A stretch of 32,000 nucleotides of DNA from Candidatus Hadarchaeota archaeon (GTDB lineage: Archaea; Hadarchaeota; Hadarchaeia; Hadarchaeales; Hadarchaeaceae), in contig CAZETV010000001.1 in NCBI GenBank assembly GCA_964514965.1, positions 873,063-905,062 of the forward strand. The letters are read 5' to 3'. The translations under genes and the position numbers were made by a program. The first letter of the stretch is position 1. Each line of letters starts with the position of its first letter. The notes beneath the pieces are model-generated. The model was not told the origin of the DNA and made no database searches. It worked only from the letters and a program-made list of their open reading frames with translations. Of this stretch, positions 25,844-32,000 are shown in pieces.

Positions 25844-26776
25844 ATGGTAAATGCTGAAATCAAGCAAATCGCGCAGGATATTCGAACGATGCGCATACGT
25901 GGTGCTGGTAGAATCGCTCGTGCTGCGGCTCGGGCCTTAAAAATCGTTGCAAAAACGAGCCGAGCTAAGGCACCTGCCGAGTTCACGAGAGAGCTCGGTC
26001 GCGTTTCAGAACTTTTGTTGGCAACCCGACCGACCGCGGTTTCGTTGTCAAACGCTGTTCGCTACGTCATTTTGGGTGTGAAGCGAGCAAAAGGGGTAGA
26101 TACTAAAGCCCTGCGAAGGGCCGTCATTTCCCGCGCGGACGAGTTCATTCGCGGTTCAATGGGGGCCGTCGAGCAGATAGGCGAGATAGGCGCGCGTCGT
26201 ATCTCTGACGGCGACGTAATACTCACCCACTGCAACAGCGATTGTGCGCTCGCGATAATCAAGGCGGCTTTCAAACAGGGCAAAAATATCCAAACATTCG
26301 CTACAGAATCCCGTCCGATGCGGCAGGGCTTAATAAGCGTGCGAGAGCTGAGGAAAGTTGGAATTCCCACCACACTCATCGTCGACTCGGCTGTGCGTCA
26401 CTTTATTCGGGATATAGACAAGGTAATAGTTGGTGCAGACAGCATCGCGGCGAATGGAGCGGTAGTCAACAAAATAGGGACTTCCCAAATCGCCCTCATC
26501 GCTCACGAAGCTCGAGTGTTGTTTTTCGTTGCTGCGGAGAGCTATAAATTCCACCCTGAGACGCTAGTAGGGCGGCTGGTAGAGATCGAGGAGCGCCCGC
26601 CCAAAGAGATTGTTAATCCTAGGCGCTTTCCAGGCGTGAAAATCCGCAATCCAGTCTTCGATATCACGCCGCCAGAGTATGTAGACCTTATCATAACCGA
26701 GCACGGCATAATCCCGCCTTCAGCAGCTTACATGGTGATTCAGGAACTCTTTGAGTGGAAGCTTAGAAAAGGATGA
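25844..26776 (+). CDS. Ribose-1,5-bisphosphate isomerase (eIF-2B alpha/beta/delta-like family)
   Basis: It is close over its full length, by eye, to my recollection of Thermococcus kodakarensis TK0185. Shared segments include IRGAGRIAR, TRPTAVSL.NA.RYV, THCNS (catalytic Cys context), GADSIAANGAVVNKIGT and AAESYKFHPET...DITPPEYVDLIITEHGIIPP. Confidence 0.85.
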   Translation: MVNAEIKQIAQDIRTMRIRGAGRIARAAARALKIVAKTSRAKAPAEFTRELGRVSELLLATRPTAVSLSNAVRYVILGVKRAKGVDTKALRRAVISRADEFIRGSMGAVEQIGEIGARRISDGDVILTHCNSDCALAIIKAAFKQGKNIQTFATESRPMRQGLISVRELRKVGIPTTLIVDSAVRHFIRDIDKVIVGADSIAANGAVVNKIGTSQIALIAHEARVLFFVAAESYKFHPETLVGRLVEIEERPPKEIVNPRRFPGVKIRNPVFDITPPEYVDLIITEHGIIPPSAAYMVIQELFEWKLRKG

Positions 26777-26820
26777 ATCTAAATCCATCTGAGTTAAATT
26801 TCCATTTCTAGGGAATAAGA

Positions 26821-26826
26821 TTTTTT
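26821..26826 (+). terminator. Oligo-T (T6) terminator candidate downstream of the isomerase gene
   Basis: The T6 run lies 45 nt after the stop codon, in an AT-rich convergent spacer. Confidence 0.4.
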
Positions 26827-26906
26827 GCAGTGAGATGAAAATTTGTCAAAATCTTAATTATCTTAACATTCTTCACGTAATTTTGGGGGCATGTTTAATG
26901 CTTTTT

Positions 26907-27845
26907 TCACTGTTGTGACAAGGAGAGAATCTGCATACGTGTATCGGAAAGTTTTCGCGCGATGAGTTCCGCTACCTTCATCATCACCAGATATCCTCGA
27001 TGGTGATTTTTTTTGAAGATTTTATCTACCAATTCATCAGCGACAATAGTAACAACTTTTGCCTTGTCCAAACAGCGCGCGTGAGTAGTGAACTTGCGAG
27101 TGCGAAGTAGAGAGGGATAGCCAAAAAGCCTACCTTTGGTCATCGTATAGACGGAAATTCTCTTTCCAGGGTAAATTTCTATTTCGATGGAAACCCTTCC
27201 TTCCAGGGACATGTATATTTTTTCTGCTTTGTCCCCCTCTTTGAAAATCAAGTCCCCCTGTTCGAACTCCTCGACTTTTGCCAGTTTGGCAATGTCTTTC
27301 AGTTCTTCCAATGTTAAAAACTCAAAAATATCCATTTCCTTCAAAATTTCCGGTTTCACTGCCATCTTACCCTCTTCTTGATTGTTTATTTCTTTTAAAA
27401 CTTTTTCGGCTAGAGTAGGCAATTTTTTTTCGATGGTTTTGCTCAATCTGTCGCCCCATGAAACTTTCTTTGGTTGTATGCCGACAATTCTCACATTTTT
27501 AAAATCGTAACCAATTTTCTTCCCCACCTTGATGACATCGATTAAATCAATTTCATGTAGTGAAAATTTCTCGCTGCTTGGCATGGCGAGGATCTGCTCG
27601 GCGTCAAAGCTAGCAATATAGCCTGGTTCTTTTCCCATATCCGCGGCGTCTACTAGCACTACCTTTTCAAAGCCCTTCATCTCTTCCAGAAACTCGAATC
27701 CAAAAATAGCCCCATCTACAAGTTTTATCTTATTATCTAGGACTCTGCTCTTCAAGTACTCCACACATCTTATGCCCACACCTTCATCTTTCAGTAGGAT
27801 ATTTCCTAGGCCGACGATGAGTTTGCGCTCATTCAACGAAATCAA
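26907..27845 (-). CDS. [NiFe]-hydrogenase maturation endopeptidase (HycI/HybD/FrhD family) fused to a C-terminal cyclic-nucleotide-binding-type (CAP_ED) domain
   Basis: The N-terminal region reads KLIVGLGNILLKDEGVG...VVLVDAADMG...FSLHE. The C-terminal region reads FEFLTLEELKDIAKLAKVEEFEQGDLIFKEGDKAEKIYMSLEGRVSIEI...GRLFGYPSLL...RKFTTHA. The start is TTG (27845 or 27836) and overlaps the end of hydA. Confidence 0.8.
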   Translation of the reverse strand: MISLNERKLIVGLGNILLKDEGVGIRCVEYLKSRVLDNKIKLVDGAIFGFEFLEEMKGFEKVVLVDAADMGKEPGYIASFDAEQILAMPSSEKFSLHEIDLIDVIKVGKKIGYDFKNVRIVGIQPKKVSWGDRLSKTIEKKLPTLAEKVLKEINNQEEGKMAVKPEILKEMDIFEFLTLEELKDIAKLAKVEEFEQGDLIFKEGDKAEKIYMSLEGRVSIEIEIYPGKRISVYTMTKGRLFGYPSLLRTRKFTTHARCLDKAKVVTIVADELVDKIFKKNHHRGYLVMMKVAELIARKLSDTRMQILSLSQQ

Positions 27846-29160
27846 CTTTCAGCATGTGGGTTGAACATGAAATGCATGGGTCATAAGCTCTGACTAGCAT
27901 CTCCAATAAACGGGTGATCTCCTTTTTTGGTTTGTCTAGTATCTCCGGTACCAATCTCCGAATATCTCCTTCAATGTTGGCTAGATTTTGTGCCGTTGGA
28001 ATGATGCAGTTCGCCGATTCGATTAGACCGCGATCATTAAGTTTGTACTCGTGGATTAGGAGCCCTCTAGGGGCCTCAACTATGCCTACACCCCAACTCC
28101 TTTTTATGTTGGGAAGTTTTACTGACCAACCTGCGATTGGCGGCCGTTTTTCCCTCTCATCCTTTATCCCCTGCGATAATAACTCCTCAATCAATTCTAC
28201 CATGGACTCCAGACAATGTACGAGTTCAACTATTTGGGCGAAAGTTATGTGGTAAGGATTATAGCTTAGGGTCTCCAATCCAAGTTCCTCCGCTGTTTCC
28301 CTCGCCTTTGGCGTCAGTTGCTTGAAGTTGTTGTTGAATCTGGAAAGGGCACCCACCATATACGGTTTCATAGGGCCTAATGCATGCTTTGCTGTGGAAT
28401 AATCTACGACATTTTCGCGTATCTTGTGTTTGTAGTCTCTCTGTTGATATTTGTCAGTTTCAGAAGATTTTATCGTCCCATCGTAGAATGCGTACTCATC
28501 GGGGTGGGTAAAACAAACGTAGTCGGTTTTCCTTTCGAATTGGGGGGCTTTAAATTTAGAGAAAAATTTGACTGTACTTGGAACATCTTTTTCTAAAAAT
28601 TGTTTTATTTTGGAGAGTAGTTCCCGCATTTGGTCATTGGTCACCAAGTTAGTGAAGCCGTCCACGGTCATGGAGATAGGATGTGTATGTCGACCCACAA
28701 TTGTATCACAGATATCGTGGGCAAGTTTTTTCCAGCTGATGCCTGTTTTCACAACCTCTGGAGAGGTAGAAGCTAGGGGGATTATTGAGTGTGTTCCAAC
28801 AAAATCTGGGGCAGCGAGGAAGAAGCAGTGGAGGGCATGAGAATCCATAATTTCTGCAGCTGTTAGAATTTTCCTCAAGGTCTCCGTTTGCCAAGTGGGT
28901 TTAATGCCAAGTGCATCTTCAATTGCCTTTATGGAGGCATTCGTGTGTGATATAGAACAGATGCCACAAATACGGCTGACGATGTGAACAGCTTCAGAAA
29001 AACGCCGGCCGGCCAGCATCGCTTCAAAAAAGCGAGGTGACTCGGCAATTTCGAGTTTGACCTCTTTCAACTCCCCTCTTTTTACATCTACAACGATGTT
29101 CCCGTGACCTTCAATTCTGGCGATATGATGGACATGAACGTTGATGTCTTTTCTACTCAT
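27829..29160 (-). CDS. hydA: Group 3 [NiFe]-hydrogenase large (alpha) subunit
   Basis: RIEGHG is present. The N-terminal Ni-binding motif is RICGICSISH and the C-terminal motif is DPCISCSTH, followed by an 8-aa cleavable tail (MLKVDFVE). Confidence 0.93.
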   Translation of the reverse strand: MSRKDINVHVHHIARIEGHGNIVVDVKRGELKEVKLEIAESPRFFEAMLAGRRFSEAVHIVSRICGICSISHTNASIKAIEDALGIKPTWQTETLRKILTAAEIMDSHALHCFFLAAPDFVGTHSIIPLASTSPEVVKTGISWKKLAHDICDTIVGRHTHPISMTVDGFTNLVTNDQMRELLSKIKQFLEKDVPSTVKFFSKFKAPQFERKTDYVCFTHPDEYAFYDGTIKSSETDKYQQRDYKHKIRENVVDYSTAKHALGPMKPYMVGALSRFNNNFKQLTPKARETAEELGLETLSYNPYHITFAQIVELVHCLESMVELIEELLSQGIKDEREKRPPIAGWSVKLPNIKRSWGVGIVEAPRGLLIHEYKLNDRGLIESANCIIPTAQNLANIEGDIRRLVPEILDKPKKEITRLLEMLVRAYDPCISCSTHMLKVDFVE

Positions 29161-29906
29161 CTTACCAACCCACTCAACCCGTTGTACATACGATAAAACC
29201 TCAACTTATCTTCGGCGGATATTCCATATTTCTCCAAGACCTCTTCGAAAGCGTCCAAATTGGGGTCGGGGATTGGTCCTCGACATCCTTCACAAGCATT
29301 CCCCACAGATGGACAGGCCGCCCCGCAGCCTGCTCTCGTTATCGGTCCCATGCAAACAATAGGGTTCGGTTTATGGTATAGGCAGACGTTTCCTTTCATT
29401 TTACACTCAACGCAGATAGGATAATCCGGGACAAAAGGTTTCGTGCCGTTTAAAAGGGAGGCTGTGACACGCAAAAACTCCTTTTTATCGATGGGACACT
29501 CCGGGATAAAGTAATCCACCTTAATGATCGCATCGACAGGCTGGGCCAATATGGAATCAAAAACCCATGCCTTGTCCCCGTAGACCCTCTTTCTGATCTC
29601 TAGCTGATTGTGAAAGTTTTTAATGGCGTTGATTCCAGCGATATGAGCGCATGCGCCCAATGCCACACATATTTTCGCCCTCTTTCTAATTTTCCTGACC
29701 CTCTCTATATCTTGAGAAGTAGAGATCGAACCTTCGATGAAAGCAATATCGTAATCCTGTCCCTTGTAACTAGATGCCTCACGAAAGTTTACTATATCCA
29801 CCGATTCGAATAGGTCCAGAAGTTTTTCTCCTAAGGAAAGGACGGTCAACTGGCAACCTTCGCAGCAGGTGAAGTCAAAAAATGCCACTTTTGGTTTCTT
29901 CATCAT
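29157..29906 (-). CDS. hydD: Group 3 [NiFe]-hydrogenase small (delta) subunit
   Basis: VAFFDFTCCEGCQL... is the proximal-cluster motif, and further Cys clusters follow (CVECKMKGNVC, CMGPITRAGCGAACPSVGNACEGC). The protein is 249 aa with no Tat signal, consistent with a cytoplasmic enzyme. Confidence 0.9.
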   Translation of the reverse strand: MMKKPKVAFFDFTCCEGCQLTVLSLGEKLLDLFESVDIVNFREASSYKGQDYDIAFIEGSISTSQDIERVRKIRKRAKICVALGACAHIAGINAIKNFHNQLEIRKRVYGDKAWVFDSILAQPVDAIIKVDYFIPECPIDKKEFLRVTASLLNGTKPFVPDYPICVECKMKGNVCLYHKPNPIVCMGPITRAGCGAACPSVGNACEGCRGPIPDPNLDAFEEVLEKYGISAEDKLRFYRMYNGLSGLVR

Positions 29907-30718
29907 ATAGCCTCTGGCAAATTTTTAATTTGATTGTAGTTGAAAACTGGGCCATCTTGACAAACATAGATGTTGTTGATTTGGCAATGCCCGCATTTTC
30001 CTACTCCACATTTCATCTTGCGCTCCAATGATATCCAGATGTTTTCATCAGGAACTTTGCGATTTTTCAGTTCCCTGATGACAAAGCGATACATGACTGG
30101 TGGGCCGACAATGGCCGCTTGGGTTTTTCTAGGATCGAACTGAATATGGGGGAAAAGGTTGGTGATGACCCCTACGTTGCCCTGCCATGTTTCGTCTCCG
30201 ACATCAACCGTTACATGATACTCGACATCATCTCTTTCTTCCCAGCTATTCAACTCCTCTTTGAAAAGAAGTTCCTGTGGTCTCCTCGAACCGTAGAGGA
30301 TGTAGACTTTTCCATAATCTTCTCTGGAATTTAAAACGGTCCAGATGAAAGAACGAAGGGGGGCCAGCCCAAGCCCTCCTGCTATGAAGAGTATGTCTTT
30401 TCCCTTGAAATACTTAAGTTCAAACCCTTTACCGAAAGGACCTCGAATTCCAATTTTATCTCCTGATTTCCTGCTGTGCAGAGCTCTGGTGACATTCCCA
30501 ATCGCCCGTACACATAGTTGAAATGTCGGTAAGCTGGAGGGAGCGGACGAGATGGAGATGGGAGCCTCTCCAACGCCAAAAACCGATACCTCCACAAATT
30601 GTCCTGGCTGATAGTTGAGATTTTTTCCTGACAGAAGCTCGATTTCAAACAAACGTTCCGTTTTGGTAAGTTGTTCTATTTTGTTTATTCTTGCTATCTC
30701 GGGCGCATAGATCGTCAT
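29903..30718 (-). CDS. hydG: Sulfhydrogenase gamma subunit (AsrB-like FAD/NAD(P)-binding, 2Fe-2S)
   Basis: The ferredoxin-reductase-type fold is indicated by GQFVEVS, RAIGNVT and FIAGGLGLAPLRS. The C-terminal 2Fe-2S motif is CGVGKCGHCQ....C. Confidence 0.9.
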   Translation of the reverse strand: MTIYAPEIARINKIEQLTKTERLFEIELLSGKNLNYQPGQFVEVSVFGVGEAPISISSAPSSLPTFQLCVRAIGNVTRALHSRKSGDKIGIRGPFGKGFELKYFKGKDILFIAGGLGLAPLRSFIWTVLNSREDYGKVYILYGSRRPQELLFKEELNSWEERDDVEYHVTVDVGDETWQGNVGVITNLFPHIQFDPRKTQAAIVGPPVMYRFVIRELKNRKVPDENIWISLERKMKCGVGKCGHCQINNIYVCQDGPVFNYNQIKNLPEAI

Positions 30719-31761
30719 ATCCGCTTCCTCTTCTCATAAAGTTCATTTTCGATGTCTAAAGGATCAACAATCTTCGTTAAGCAAGCTTTTCCACATCTTC
30801 CACATCCAGTGCAAAAAGACTTCCCCCATTTTTCAAAAAGGTACCAGTCCTTCCGGTTGGTTCTGTGACGCAATCGAGTACCCCTTTCTTCTCTGAATAT
30901 CTCTCCTGAGGCCACCCTAGTGAAATCGGTAAGAAGACAACCGTCCCAGAAGCGAGAACGATTCCCCCGCTTCAAGTTTAACTCGATATAATCTCTTACA
31001 TCAAAGCAGTAACAGGTGGGGCAGACCATGTTGCAAGACCCGCAGTTGAAACACTTTGCTCCATGCTCATCCCATACACGGCTGTCGTAATTTTCTTTCA
31101 GTAGCTTGGGTAGGTCTTCAAGTTTGGGCTTAAGCTTTCGCTGCTGTTTATTAAAGAAATTGTCTCTTCTCCTTCGGATTTTTCCCAATTCCTTGGCATC
31201 TGATCGGGTCGCTTTTTTAGCAATCCCAGAAATAAGAGATTCTCCTCTTTTGGAACCTACTTCTACAAAGAAGTTGTCCCCCATATCGGTTAAGAAAAGG
31301 TCAAACCCCTCCCGCGGAAGTACGGACCCCTTGCGGTAGCAGAATGACTCTGGGGAGCAGGGGAGGAGACATTCCGCTCCGATTATAGTTAGATACCCCC
31401 GCTTCTTGAGATAATTTTCATCCAAATTTTTTTCCGAGAAAACTTTATCCAAAAGTGCAGTTCCATTTATGTCGCAAGGATGGATCCCGAGTAAAATCAC
31501 CGGTTTTGCATCCATCTTGGCCTCTACCTTGACCTCATCGTCAACTTCGTATTCGGTCAATTCTTCTTCTTGTGGGAAAAGAAAAGTTTTTGGAGGGATG
31601 ACTGTTTGAGGACCTTCCCAGAGAATCTCTTTCGTGGACTTTATCGGTTTAAAATTAGCTTGATTTTCCTGCTTCACGGGGGCTACTACTTCTTTTCCGT
31701 CTCTAATTATTCTATCAATTAACTTTAAAAAATCTTTTTTGGTTATCGAATATTTCCCCAT
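30715..31761 (-). CDS. hydB: Sulfhydrogenase beta subunit (AsrA-like, 4Fe-4S clusters)
   Basis: The two cluster motifs are CFNCGSCNMVCPTC and CTGCGRCGKAC. GGTGA-N4-ATG supports ATG 31761. The ORF-track start at 31809 adds 16 aa and has no SD. Confidence 0.88.
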   Translation of the reverse strand: MGKYSITKKDFLKLIDRIIRDGKEVVAPVKQENQANFKPIKSTKEILWEGPQTVIPPKTFLFPQEEELTEYEVDDEVKVEAKMDAKPVILLGIHPCDINGTALLDKVFSEKNLDENYLKKRGYLTIIGAECLLPCSPESFCYRKGSVLPREGFDLFLTDMGDNFFVEVGSKRGESLISGIAKKATRSDAKELGKIRRRRDNFFNKQQRKLKPKLEDLPKLLKENYDSRVWDEHGAKCFNCGSCNMVCPTCYCFDVRDYIELNLKRGNRSRFWDGCLLTDFTRVASGEIFREERGTRLRHRTNRKDWYLFEKWGKSFCTGCGRCGKACLTKIVDPLDIENELYEKRKRI

Positions 31762-31830
31762 TTTTTCACCATTCTGGATTTCCAAATTCACTGCTATCCA
31801 AGCCATCACCTTTATCAGGCTTATTTAATT

Positions 31831-31849
31831 AATTATCGTATCGATAATT
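31831..31849. promoter_or_regulatory. Perfect palindrome AATTATCG-tat-CGATAATT upstream of the hydrogenase operon, a candidate operator
   Basis: It has 8-bp perfect inverted arms and a 3-bp spacer. It lies immediately distal to an A/T box (ttaaataa on the minus strand, 31821-31830) and about 70-88 nt upstream of the hydB ATG at 31761. Confidence 0.4.
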
Positions 31850-32000
31850 TCTTGTTGAATCGCAATTCATGTTTAATATTCCCCCGATAGAGAAATTTTT
31901 GTCCATGTTAAACCTTTTCGTTCTTTAATTAAGCAGCTCCAGCATTTGAAGTGCAAGTTAGTTTGTAATAGGCGTCGCGAAAGGAGTTGCCTTTCTTTTT

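Noticed and set aside
1-32000. Scan for CRISPR arrays, tRNA or rRNA genes, IS elements and long direct repeats
   Set aside because: Reading the intergenic spacers revealed no regularly spaced repeats, cloverleaf-compatible segments, rRNA-like stretches or transposase ORFs. A computational scan with tRNAscan-SE, Infernal or a repeat finder would be needed to exclude small ncRNAs.

Overview
This is a densely packed archaeal (Euryarchaeota-like) chromosomal window with about 33 protein genes. Most are housekeeping genes. From left to right it contains: a radical-SAM/SPASM enzyme; endA-trpS; a single low-GC B12-binding radical-SAM gene; a complete but rearranged A1Ao ATP synthase locus, with atpA-atpB inverted and divergent from atpH-I-K-E-C-F-D; a UPF0216/DUF61 gene and a small membrane protein coupled to atpD; secF-secD; trmI; the archaeal HMG-CoA synthase/thiolase/DUF35 operon; two HTH regulators, one of them HTH+CBS and divergent from archaeal SAM synthetase; archaeosine tRNA-guanine transglycosylase; an Lrp/AsnC regulator; and ribose-1,5-bisphosphate isomerase. 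From about 26.8 kb to the window end lies a low-GC five-gene group 3b [NiFe]-hydrogenase operon in sulfhydrogenase-type beta-gamma-delta-alpha order. I found no rRNA, tRNA, CRISPR array or intact mobile element. A recurrent GGTGA-N4-6-start motif supports shortening several ORF-track starts. I do not see an obvious new multi-gene system such as a defence island. The strongest candidate for something undescribed is the last gene of the hydrogenase operon, a maturation endopeptidase fused to a cyclic-nucleotide-binding-type sensor domain, together with a perfect palindrome at the operon promoter and the foreign composition of the whole cluster. Secondary points are a 4-TM c subunit carrying what I recall as the Enterococcus NtpK Na+ site, a possible N-terminal TM helix on AtpC, an apparent T5 homopolymer frameshift at the 5' end of tgtA, and an HTH-CBS regulator facing the SAM synthetase gene. 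All family assignments come from reading motifs by eye; no database search was run.
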